From contig RBZT01000328.1 of assembly GCA_003693705.1 (NCBI GenBank), positions 1 through 64,000 of the forward strand: a stretch of 64,000 nt of DNA, read 5' to 3'. Below the pieces are notes generated by a model, which was not told the DNA's origin, did not search any database, and worked only from the letters and a program-made list of their open reading frames with translations. The first letter of the stretch is position 1, and each line of letters opens with the position of its first letter. Below, one piece after another: positions 39,671-51,805 of this stretch. Source of the stretch: Polymyxa betae A26-41 (Eukaryota; Protista; Endomyxa: Phytomyxea). A program made the position numbers and the translations under genes.

Positions 39671-42600
39671 ATGTTCGGGACAGCTTATGTCGCCGCTTGT
39701 GACGTTCTCGCTGATCCGGCTAGCATCTCGGAGCAAAGATGGCATGCATATCGCGTCTTGCTGGACGTATTGGAACCGCACAAACATATTTGGTGCCAAT
39801 ACGCAGAATCAGCGAAGTTTTTATGTGGCCTGTTGGAATTCCCTAGCTCTGATTTATGGAAACGATTCCAGTTTCTTTTACGGTCGATGACTTGCTACGA
39901 ATGTGTTGCTGCCTGGTCCGAATGCATTAACAGTATGCAGGTTTCTATGTCACCAAAGCCTCATTAATAATTTCTGCTAGAGTTTCTGCAGGGCCTTTCG
40001 AATAGGTTCGAAGATTATTCTATCGAAGTGTTAGAATCGCAAATGATAAAAGCCGACCTCACTCGGCTGAAGTCGTTACCTGTGGATTTCGCTGCATTCG
40101 AACTTCTTCGACGTCCTCATCTGGCTCGAAATCGCGACTTAAATCGAATCTTATGTCTGTTTGTCGAAGAAAGTGCCCATACTCCGGCAGGGACCAAGTC
40201 AATGGTCCTGAAAAATGGCAAGTTGGCTCCAATGGTGTATCTGTTCTGTCTACATCCAAGAGCGGTTGTTCGATCTTGGTGCCAAAGCTTGGTTCGAGCT
40301 CGTTCTGGAGACAGCGCGTCCCTTGATGGCCTATCTTCTAGCTCTGTCAATGAGATCCTTTTTATTCTTTCGAAGAATTTATTCGAGGATCTTCACGATG
40401 CCCAAGCTTCTGATTTCTTTCTGTACAATTTGGCCACATTTTGGAGCGGATTAAACTTCTTACTGGACATCACTCCTGAGGGGGCTCATGCTGTTACTGC
40501 CACTAGGTTCTTATCTTCAAAACCTGGTGTATTTTTGGAAAAATTATTGTCGCATTCGCGGCTCGTAACAGTTAACGGAAATGGTTCATATAGCAGCCTA
40601 TCTGAAAATGTTCCTGAAAACATATTGTCTCCTACGCTGTCTTGCCTACAATGGTTTATGTTGAATGCGTCCAAAATTTTTTGGGAAAAGCGAACAACAA
40701 TTGGTCCAGCGATTCTTGCGGATATACTAAGGAAAGGGGCACTTTATGCCACCAGAAGTCTGGAAGCGCTTTTTGACGCTTCTTATGAAGCTTTAAAAAT
40801 CATCGATGTTATTCCCATCTTTGCTATGTCTTTGCCTGAAGCTGGAAGGCACGACTATATTGGCTCCACTGTCCGATTTTTGCTGCAAATCGTCTCCAAA
40901 TTTCGCTCTTCGCAAAAAGTGGTAGTTTCTCTAAAAATACGTACTTGGAGTGCGATCTTCAAAATTATTCGATGCTCATTTATGATGAATTCGAACGCAG
41001 CAGCGATTCTTTGTTCTGACGCATGGGCAGCGCCTACTGCTGCCTTCGCTTGCGCTGATTTCTCGGACAGATTCACAGACTTTCTTGAACTCTGTTCCGA
41101 TAATATCAGGACCATGCTGATTTCTGACGCTATTGAAGCCTGTCGAATCGCCCTACATTATGATGTGAACAATTTGAAGAAACTCTTCATTCCGGATGAA
41201 TCTCCTTCTTTCGCTTTAGATGATAAGCAAAATCGCGTTTTCATTTCTGCTGGTCTGTGGATGCGTCTTTCGACGTCTTATAAATCCAGCTCCATTCCAA
41301 GTCAATTACTTGAAATATTATTATCTGCAGCGTTTCAGTCTATTGCCATTCCTCCGTCTTTTGTTGCTCTTGGATTTGATCAGCCCGATGATGTTATCTG
41401 TGCATATAAGGCAGTTCGATTGTCGGCTAAAACCGTTCTGCAATCGCTCTCATCTCATCCTGAATTGATACAGAGATTTGCCGATTCCCGGGCAAACATT
41501 GCCGGATTATTTCTGCTTCTATTATCATACCGCGATTCATCCTCCTTTATCAGCGAACTGCTTCGAAGGGAAGTGCAATCAAAGTTGGCGTTAAGTGAGA
41601 AACCGAACTCGGTCAACGACTGCCTTTCTCTTTTGTATCAACATCAGCCATCTCAGATCTTGGCGCTTTATCTTCAATGCTTCGAGTTTTGTACAAATCC
41701 CACTATATTTCACAGCATTGAAAAACTCGTAAAGAGTCCTGCTAATTTACCTGAATCTGCTGGGGACTTTCTCGGCGACCTTCATCCCTCCATTTTCTGG
41801 CTCGATAGACTTCTTCACCTTTTCACAGATCGCTCGGAGGTTTTCTTTTCACTGGATTCAGATTCACTCTGGAGGCTCTTTTTCGTTTTGATTGTGAGCT
41901 GTATTGGATTCCATGTGTTACCAGAATTTGATCGTACATTCTCTGCTCTCTTTGATATGGGGCTGACTCTCATATCGCTGAAGCCCGCCTTTTTAACATC
42001 ATTTCGAGAGTTCTTCAAACTGTGGCTCCGAAAACGGGACTCTATACCTTCTGGAACGAGGCGACGTTGGTTCCAATTCGTTCGCTCTTACATTAGGCAA
42101 TTTCCAAATGAGAAAGAAGCCGCTCGCTCTGTGCTTCTCAAATATCACGACGATGCATTCTGGTTACACCGAACAGGACTGTCGGATCAAGCGCAACGAA
42201 ATTATTTAGCAAGTTTGGCACCATCACTATTCAAGGAGTCTTCAAGCAGTCAACAAATGCCTCACTCCACCAAATTGTCTATAAATCCACATGGGTCGAG
42301 TAGCATCTTACATCATCTGCCTGCGGTATCTGTTGATAACAGTAGGCGTGACGTTGGAACGCCGTTAAAGCATACTACCGCTTTATCCAAGTCTCTTTCA
42401 TCTATTTATACAAGTTCCAGCTCCGTTGCAAACTCCAAGATGATTCATGTTCGATTGGGTTCGGTTTCTAAGCCCACACGGCATTTGTCTTCACAATCCT
42501 CTATATCTCAGTATTTCCAAAATTGTTTAACAGCTACTGAAGACTCCAAGGCCAACCGGTTACGAGCAGGGTTTCAGTCGTTACGGGATGATCCAGAGTT

Positions 42601-45600
42601 TTCTAAGCGCTCCAATGTCATTAAGAGCATCAGTGCCAAACCCTTGACAACGGTGAAATCATCATCCGCTTTGAAGCGACGCACAGCCTCTGGGAAGCCT
42701 GGTGTCTCAACAGTAACAGAGAGCTCTATTTCCAAAATTGAAAAACTGCCTGTGAGATCGTTAGGGCATTTCCTGAATATCGTCCTCGATTGGTCGCTTT
42801 CAGATGTGACAGGCGAAGCGCTTCCAAAACAGCTCTCTGAAACAATGATGGACCCTTTACCAAAAGGTTTTCATTCTTTTATTGAATATCGGAAAGCATT
42901 CGGGTCTTTGTTATTAGAGGAGACGCGCGCCATGATTCAAGGCGATTATGGGTCGAGTCGTGATATAAAGCCGAATCTTATTGTTAAGCAAGGACTGGAT
43001 ACGACGCCTCATCCGTCCTTACCTGGCTCTCTACTGCTATGCTCTCCTGCAGAAGTCCCAGAAAATCAGCGCCTTTCTGAAAACGATTTGCTTTTGCTCT
43101 GGCCCATTTTGGACGATCCCGATTTTTCCGATATTCCTTCGAATGCTGTTTTCGGCATGGTCGATGGCCAATCGAATTCGACCAGGCTCTTGATTCGAGT
43201 AACCCGCTTCCTGTCGACCGACCCGCGATTTAGACACCAGCTGGGATTTGTTCGAATATCGTCACTGGTTACTGCTCAGCGTATGGCTCGGGCGTTAGAA
43301 TCAGTTGCTCGTCTTCGGCTCGGACCAGCACTCGTACTGGGTCAGCAAGAATCAGCTGCGTTAGAAACGTCGTTCGATATTGATAATGCTGCTCTCTCTG
43401 GTTTGAATACCAGCCAGAAAACAGCTATAAAGCATTGTATGTGCTCTAAAGATCCTGTAGTGCTGTTACAAGGTTCCATTGTGCTCTCGTCGTTGTCGTT
43501 CTTGATCTTATTTCAGTTTAGGGCCTCCCGGAACTGGCAAATCAACTGTTATTATAGCACTGATCAAGGCCTTACTACAAAGGAGTGTGAACAGGAATGC
43601 TCACCAACTCGGTCAAGGCTGGATGAAGGGCGAGTTCGATTCCAGGCATATTCTGCTGTGCACTCCATCGAACGCCGCTGCTGATGAACTAACGAGCCGA
43701 CTTGTTGCAGCTTCTATTCAGGTTATAGTGATGCTGTATTCCTGGTGCTCACTCCATAATTGCTATTTTCAGGCGGTCCCGGATGGCACTCAATATCCTG
43801 TTATTAGATATGGCAGTAATGTGACATCGGATGTGTTTGCAGAATCTGTGTCGTTGGATCGGCTCGCTTCCGCTACTCAATCAGCTCAGATTCGTTCTGG
43901 GTCGCAGCACAATCCGACTGCAGTACAACCTGCTGGAATTGATCGAAGGAGTGTGCAGGTTTGTCGTTTTTATCTCGACCAAGTTTCCTTCTTGGTTTAC
44001 ATGCTGTAGGAATTGCGAGAAAGATTGTTATCAGAAGCCAATGTCTTAGTCTGTACGTTGTCTGGTAGCGGGGCAGCGTTGATAGGCAATATCCCACATA
44101 CTTTCCAAGTTGTTATCGTTGACGAAGCCGCTCAAGCTCATGAGATTGAGACTTTAATTCCTCTACAGTATTGCTGCCGAAAGCTGATTCTTGTTGGTGA
44201 CCCAAGACAATTGCCTGCTACAGGTGAATCTCGCTATACCTGCAGTATGTTGTAGCTTATTGGCTGTTTTAGTACTGTCAACATACGCTGGGAAATTCGG
44301 TCTGAACAGATCTATGTTTGAACGTCTTGAAAGTGTCATTCAGCCTGTTATGCTGACTGAGCAGTATCGTATGCATCCTGAGTTAGTCGTATCATTCACT
44401 ACTTGACATGTTTTGATTTCTGTTTAGCATATGCTTGTTCCCTTCACAGCAATTCTATAATGGCCGTGTCATAACCGCTGGTATTGAGCGCTCGGTTCCC
44501 ATTCACAGCAACTCCTTCATCCGGCCTTATCTATTCTTCAACGTTGAAAGCGAGGATTACTTGGTACATTGCAGCGGTTTTCCGTTTCGTCATTTAAAAG
44601 ACGAATAGGTTAAATTTTCGCGAAAAAATGTGACAGAAGCTGAATTTGTCGTACACTTGCTATGTCATATTGAACGTACTGTCGCCTTGTACGGGATGGC
44701 TCGACCTTCAGTTGGCATTGTGACTCCTTACCAAGCGCAAGTTCATGAGATTCGATACCAAGTTAGAGATTCTTTCCACTATGTGCTCATTTTAAATTTT
44801 CATTCAGGCACAGTCAGTAATGAAACAGCAACCCGATGTAAGGACTATCGACAGTTTTCAAGGCCAAGAACGAGATATTATTATTATCTCTGCAGTTCGT
44901 GCATCTCCGGAAAAGGAGCAGTATAAAGGCCTCGGTAATACTGGCAATGTTTGAATTTAACAGTGGTTTGAAAACAGTTTAGGATTTCTTGCCGATAGTC
45001 GACGTCTCAATGTAGCCTTAACTCGTGCCAAGCTGTATATAGAAGTCATTCTGTAGTCTTTTAGTCTGAAAACCCTTTTAGGTGCTGCCTTGTTGTCGGA
45101 TCAGCTAGGACGTTATCTGATTCCGTTTCGGTTTGGAGAGATCTCATCACGAATGCAAAGGAAAGAAACTGCCTTATTTCTGTTCCTCCAAAAGTCAGAT
45201 GTTCACAGAAAACTTCGTACTTTTATTTATCGTATTGCGTTCTGTAGGGCTTTCAGGAATTTTTGCAGCAATCCAATGGGGTTTCCAACAGGTCATTTCC
45301 AGGTTCGTTTGAGGCAGTTCGTCAACAAGCTGGCTCGAAAAACACGAAGTCAAGACCTGGACCTGGCAGCGGTCATATTCCACGAGGACGTCAGAGCGTT
45401 CCAGAACCCAGAGGTCAAACGCCAAATCGGGTCGATAACTTCAGAGCACCAGCTTCTGTTCCAGATCGGAGCTTTTGTCGTGAGAGAAATCCGGATTCCG
45501 AATGGCTCGATCGCCCAAAGGATTCAGCTTCCGGACGTCTGGAAACATCTGGGGATTTCAATCCTAACAGAGAAAGACTAGGGTTGTCGCCAAACCCAAG

Positions 45601-45841
45601 GCGAAGAGTTCTTCAGCGTAAGCGATTTCATCACGCTGCACCTGATCCTTCAGCTATTAAACGACAAGCATCGTCGCAATCGGGTTTGCATGCAATTCAA
45701 CGGCCTTCATCAGCTGCACAGACAACCCATACTGATCAGCAAACAGCACATCAAAAGGACATGAGTCGCGATAATGTCACGACCGTATTTCAAAAATCAA
45801 CAGCCACATTGGCGCTGGATGACATTCTTGGCGCCATGTGA
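39671..45841 (+). CDS. SEN1: Senataxin/Sen1 SF1B helicase
   Basis: N-terminal HIWC..CYECV; spliced LLQ/GPPGTGKS, CTPSNAAADE, DEAAQA, LVGDPRQLPAT, QYRMHP, TIDSFQGQE, RRLNVALTRA. Confidence 0.9.
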
Positions 45842-45952
45842 AAGTCAGTGTCTTAAATCTATATTTACTGAGTGGTTAAATGCTTATTTATCAATCGTTA
45901 TTATTGTATCTTCTGTAAATTTATGCTTGATCGAAATTGTTGCATATGCCCC

Positions 45953-46402
45953 TCATGCAAACTTTGCAGAAGGCAATGCGTTTTTTATATGGGTAGCTTT
46001 GACAGGTTGCATGAGAATCATGGAGACGACAGCACCGATTGCTACCAAGGCACTGATTGCCAACGTCACTAATGTCCAAATCCGATATCTGGCTGTGCTA
46101 TCATAAACCTTCAGCAATAATGTCAGAGCTTTACGCAATACAAAGGTTTTATGGTAGTAACGACCGTATTATCATCGATGTCAGTCTCTCGAGGCGCAAC
46201 GGCAAAAAATACAATTGTACCGGCAATTGCACAAAACGCCAGTGCACCGAATAATCTGGCAGATAGTCAGATTACAGTTCTTAGTCGCATGGAACAATTG
46301 GTACCCTGGAGTTTCTGATCGCGAACCTAGAAAGGCGACCAGGCCAGATAAACCGATCACAAGCAAGATTGTAAAGATCCCAACCCCGACGCCGGCGATC
46401 AT
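45953..46402 (-). CDS. TMEM218: Ciliary transition-zone protein TMEM218-like (3 TM)
   Basis: MIAGVGVGIFTILLV..FFAVAPRE..VYDSTARYRIWTL..ILMQPV matches the TMEM218 pattern (GVGxG, PR, D..R, PI). Confidence 0.75.
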
Positions 46403-46806
46403 GCTGCTTCGGTTCTTATAAACATTAACATCATATAGACCGAAGATTGACAACAAGATTGAGTGAAACTGAATCGTCACACAGCTTTCTTTTGCTATGA
46501 TGAACGATACGAACCGAGAATGCTGCAACCAAACATGAACGTGAGCAATGATAATACTATCAACATACAGAGGCATGAACATGACGGCAGTCCTCGACTG
46601 CTAAGAATGACGAATACTTGTTGGGTGCGGACAACGGCGAACAATGTCAAGCCAAAGGCGAAGAAGACATCGGTAAGCATCTGCTCGATCGTCAATTGGA
46701 CACCATCCATAATAGTACCCTGATTACAGAATCTGCAACAATTATGTTATTCATTCATCAATTCTTGAGAACTAATCCGATGGGCAAACTGTCGATTTCT
46801 GACATT

Positions 46807-48854
46807 TTATTCTGAACTGGGAATTGGTTCCTGAGCTGCTTTAGGGGCAATGTCGACTCGTCTTTGTGAGAAATATTCCCTCTGGGCTTTATAGAACTTG
46901 ATGAGTTGCTCATGAAACGCCAGAATATCCTCCAAACCTGTGCTTCGTTATCATCTCATCTATCATGTTCAGAGTAATATTGAGAACTACCTCGTTGTTT
47001 TCGCAGTCTGCTTCCAAGCTGCTTTATCAGCCTAGGATACAGATCCTCTGCCAAACATCGGGCATTTCCGACCATTGCCCCGCCTTGCGCCTCGACGATT
47101 TCGGGTGCTTTGGACGCCGACGCCAACTGCACCAAATATTCTTCGAAAAGATTTCGAACTCCATTGATCGCAATCGGTAATAGATCGTTGACTGTCGGGT
47201 CGAATAGCCCTGGGTTCAGCACGACCAGCTTCATGTCAATGATGTACTGGTGAATGATATCGTACAATATACGAGCGCTTTTCGTGATATCTAGCTGTTC
47301 ATAATAAGCGATAAGCATAGAATAAGAGATTCACAGGCCTTACTTTGTCCGAGCCTTTGTCTGCATAATCAGCATTGTTAGCTTGTCTAATCCAAGCTTG
47401 TTCAACGACCCAGTTCTCTGCGCGAACCGCCCTAGTTATGGCTTGACGAGCATTGGATAAGAACAGTCGTAAAGCAGATCTCTACAAAATTTAGATCCTG
47501 TTGAATGAGAAGACAGACCGGTCGACCTACAAGATCATCAATGAAGAACCTCTCTAGGACATATGCGAGCTTAATGCCTTGCTTTTCTAGCACTTTACAG
47601 GCAAGAATAGCGAGATGAATACACTGACAGGCAGTACGAAATGGGGTGTCAGAACGAAACACCTATTAGAACTGATCACTAGGTGAAACCAACTTCTGCA
47701 TTCAATAAACCTGATATCGAACGGTATTGCAGTAAACATTCAGCTCAGTAAACGCCCAGGTGAAGAAACACGAATCGCGAGAAGGATCGCGAAATATTCG
47801 CTTAAATTCAACCCATGCCTTTCCAATGGAAGAAAAGACAGTACCGGAAATGTCGGTGATCAGAGAGATCAGATCTCCCGTTGAGCGATTCTGAGCTGTT
47901 GCAAAATCAAATTCATGCTCAATCAGTTCCAACTCATACATACATTGAGCAGTTCGCATCTCACAGCTTCTTTCTTCAAAGAACAAAGCCAGAGATTTAT
48001 CTAAACATCCAAGACGAATCATGTAGGTTAGATAGCGTCTCCTCTCATTTAGCTTTAACGATTGATTCTAAGCCGCATTCATTGTAGGGAGAAACGGATC
48101 GACCCAAGCAAATACCTGAAAAATTTCGCAAGATAAATCGATAATTTTATCTTTTTCGAGATTCAGCATTTCTTTGGCAGCTGCAGCATCGTCAGTTCCA
48201 TGCTCGAGCTTCTTGTAAGCTGATTCGATCACTTCAGTAGCTTGTTCAAGTTTTCTCTCATATCGAAGCAAATTTAGTTCTTCAGCGAGCTCATTGATGA
48301 ATGCGACATAGGGTTGCTGCTTTTTGTTCAGCACATTTTTGTTCGCCGAGCTCTCTTCAGCATCTGGGACATTAATTCAGATCAGAACGTGAGCACCAGG
48401 AATCCAATCACCAGAGTTCATATTTTCAAATGTGTTGATGTCCTGGAGCTTCTTCAGAGAAATTTTATACTGGCTTAGAGCAGTGTGTAAATTCGATAAA
48501 TCGGCTTCGATATCTGTAAAAACAATTAACAAGCTGTAAGCAACCGCAATTGATATTTCGACTTTCAATCTCTTGTGATGTATGAATAAACATCTGGTAA
48601 TGATCGGTGACAAATGTTTTCAAAGCGCCGCTTAACAGTGCTTTCCTATTAGCAAGCTCCTGTTTGTGAGCTTGTTCGTTCTTGTTATGACCAACACGAC
48701 GTTCTAGATACAATTCCAGTTTGAACGACGCCATCCCGAATAGCTCCAATGTTGATCGTAGATTGACGACCGATGCAGTCTGAGCTGTATCTGCCTCGCC
48801 TACACCATTGTCTTTCTGGTCATCGATCCGCTGGGTGTCGCGTTTCCTATGCAT
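46807..48854 (-). CDS. EXO84: Exocyst subunit Exo84 / Vps51-N family (multi-exon)
   Basis: LKTFVTDHYQMFIHTSQEI (Vps51/Exo84 N-terminal motif), LIRLG..LFFEERS, FFTWAFTEL; ends EPIPSSE*. Confidence 0.75.
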
Positions 48855-49473
48855 AGCTACCGAAGACCAGAATAAGAGCACCGACCGCTGGTGTTAACGT
48901 GGGCATACTTTTGGGTCCTCGGCGAAACACGTCGACTCGGTTGGCGACCGCATCGGAGCGCATGGAGATCGTCACCGACGTTAAACGTCTCTGATAGCAG
49001 AAATGGCGAATAGCGAAGTGATGTAATGTTACAGGGTTTATGATCTCCTCCTTCTTCGTACAACTTGAAGATCAGCAAACAGTATCATAGATGGCTTTCC
49101 AGCCCATTCGTTTGTCCTTTACCACCAGCCGGGGGCGCCTTCCAAAATTGTTCATTTCATCGCACTTTATGATAGTAAATCATTCTGAGCTAGAAACGGT
49201 CTCTGGACATCAACGTTTAACTGTAGCAGAGCCGAATTCATATTATAATAGAGAGTTCGAACAAGTATGTGCTTCTAGTTGCCGCTCTCTTTCACCTAAT
49301 AAGCACAAGAAATCGCTCAACCATTATTGCTTGAAGGAGAACGTTAATTTGTATAAGAACTGATGTAAAGTGTAGTCAGTAGGTGTAGTTAGAACATTAG
49401 ATGTTGCCACCCCAATAGATTGAAAACTTTTCAAAGTGAAATATCGCACTTTTCCACTGAATCGTCTCAGACA

Positions 49474-50592
49474 ATGTATTCGGGTTTAGGAGATGATGCC
49501 GCCAAGCCGCTCAGCCCCCATGGCCGTCCACAAGGTATCTTTGTGCTGTAGACCCAGCAACCGTTCGTGACGTTGTCACCAGAAGAAGATCAGCTCGGGA
49601 CGGATGATGACGATTTTCCTGTCGGGCAGATGACATCGTCCTGTGGGCTCGATGCAGAATCCATCTTCATTAACTGAATGATTTTATGCAGATGACCCGC
49701 CAAAGAATGATTCATCGAAACCCGGCCCAAGCCAGAACTCAATCCGGGACGGATTTGTCGCCGCCATCAACCCCAACGCTAGCTTCTGGAAGCTGGATTT
49801 TTATCGCTCGTTTTTTGACACTGATGACCAACAGGCTCGTTCAATGTTAGAATTAGGTGTTTAAATTGAACGAGTATGATAGGTGGCAACTCGGTTGTTG
49901 CGAGCTTTGAATCCGAAAGGACTTCCAATCTATGCTGATCAGAGCCTAACAGCTGACGTTGAGTCGGGTGCTAAAGCACAACCAGAACTCTGCGGTTCGG
50001 GTTTATAGTTTTAGGAATTATATTAAATGTTTTTTAGGGCCATTCTGGGTGGTAACCACACTGATTATTCTGTTAGCGATCCTTGGAAATCTCTCGACCT
50101 ATCTGCTATCAGATACGGTCAGTAATCCCGATGTTAAAAAGCTTGTCATTGCCTCGGTTGGTGTTATCGCTGTTGAAGTATTCTACGCTTATTTGATCGC
50201 GTCTTTAGTCGATTCTATATTCATTCTTTGCTCTGGTTCCGACCATTATGTGGTTCTTTATTCGCCGTCTGGAGGCCAGCTTTACCCTCACCGAGCTTAT
50301 CAGCGTTTATGGGTATTCGTTAACGGTTTTCATTCCAGCCAGTGTACGTGTGGCGGTTTCTCTGATCATCAGTTGGATTTGACTTTCACAGATGTTTTGC
50401 GTGTTGAATGTTGAGTTCCTGCGCTGGATTATAATCGCGGCTGCCTGTTTGCTATCATGTCTGGTCGTGTTCAAACATATAACCAGCCGGATCGTGGATG
50501 AATCATTGATTAAGCGAGGCGTGTTCATTGCCCTGCTTGTGGTTCCACATCTTTGCTTAGCTATTTATATGAAAATTGAGCACTTTTCTTAA
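49474..50592 (+). CDS. Yip1-domain protein, YIPF1/2 type
   Basis: SFWKLDFYRSFFDTDDQQVATRL, spliced PELCGPFWVVTT, GNLSTYL, YGYS, VEFLRW. Confidence 0.88.
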
Positions 50593-50629
50593 GAACATAA
50601 ATTTTATAAGGTTATGACGTCTTTAGCGT

Positions 50630-51322
50630 TCAACTCGTAATGGGCTCCATTGTTGTCTGAGCCGTAGTTGTTATCATTTTGGAGATGCCAATCGGATTGC
50701 CTTCATTGACTTGACCCGCGTATTTCGTCCTAATCTCAAGAACTCGTTTCTGTGTGGCGTAAAGACAGGACTCTAAGCAGGTGCTCTGATGCTCGAATCT
50801 ATTCAAGTTTCCACCACATCCACCCCATTGGAAGGGAACGCATTCGCCCTGTTCAGTGGAGAAAGCATAGCGCTGGAAGTCACCCGTACAAATACCTGGA
50901 TCGGGCTTTGCTGTACAGTATTCGTAAAAGGGGTCGTTAAACGGTAAGTTCATCATCATCTCTCGCACATAAGCTCGCTGCTGCTTTTTGTCATCTTCGT
51001 CTTCGCTCTCTTCGTCCGCTTGTTTATGATCTTGAGTTGTGCCGTTATCAGTTTGGTTTGGCGTGTTGCTGTATGATTCCTTATTGTGGTCAGTGTTTTG
51101 ACCTTTCATTGCTCTTTGTGATCTATCGTGCTGCTGTTCGCCAACATCTGTGTCGTTGTCTTGTTCCGAAAGAGCTTCAAAATCTATTCCCTTGTCTGAT
51201 GCAGTTGCCAAATCGATCAGGTCACTTTCTTCATCATTGGCATCAATAAAGCCCGGATTCTGCAGTAGTAGGAATGCAATGCATAGATATGCAATAGCAG
51301 CGCCTGATTGATAGTATCCCAT
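50630..51322 (-). CDS. Secreted acidic protein with one Kunitz/BPTI protease-inhibitor domain (intronless)
   Basis: Signal-like MGYYQSGAAIAYLCIAFLLL; CTAKPDPGICTGDFQRYAFSTEQGECVPFQWGGCGGNLNRFEHQSTCLESC has all six Cys. Confidence 0.88.
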   Translation of the reverse strand: MGYYQSGAAIAYLCIAFLLLQNPGFIDANDEESDLIDLATASDKGIDFEALSEQDNDTDVGEQQHDRSQRAMKGQNTDHNKESYSNTPNQTDNGTTQDHKQADEESEDEDDKKQQRAYVREMMMNLPFNDPFYEYCTAKPDPGICTGDFQRYAFSTEQGECVPFQWGGCGGNLNRFEHQSTCLESCLYATQKRVLEIRTKYAGQVNEGNPIGISKMITTTAQTTMEPITS

Positions 51323-51805
51323 TTGGTCCTGTGTTTTCCAAGTTTGTCCATCACTGCATTCAGGCCCTGTGACTATCCATTGGCTACTGCTACAAGAGAT
51401 ACGGGAGTCAGAATTATTGAACATTATCTGAAAAGATATCTTTATACAAGGGATCTTTGAATGTCGAGACTGTCCATCGCGCCGTGTTAACTTTTATTCA
51501 AGATCTCCAGCAGCTATGGTCCTATGTTGGCTGTTTCAATTTGATATTTGGAGCTTTCTATTTTAAATTTTAAGATATCTAGATCAGAAGAAGAAAAGGA
51601 CAATCCTCTTCGTCAATCGAGAGAATTTGAAACCCTTCTGAGAATGAGGACTTGCTGGCCGCTCCAGGTCGGAATGTAAACCTTTCCGTCCATGATCCTT
51701 TTTGAGCCTTTAGGCTTTTTGCATCCTCTTTTTTCCAATCAAAACCTTTCGGATCTTGAGCTGAATTTCAGAATTAACACATTTGTTGTGAGCTATAAAG
51801 TCAAC

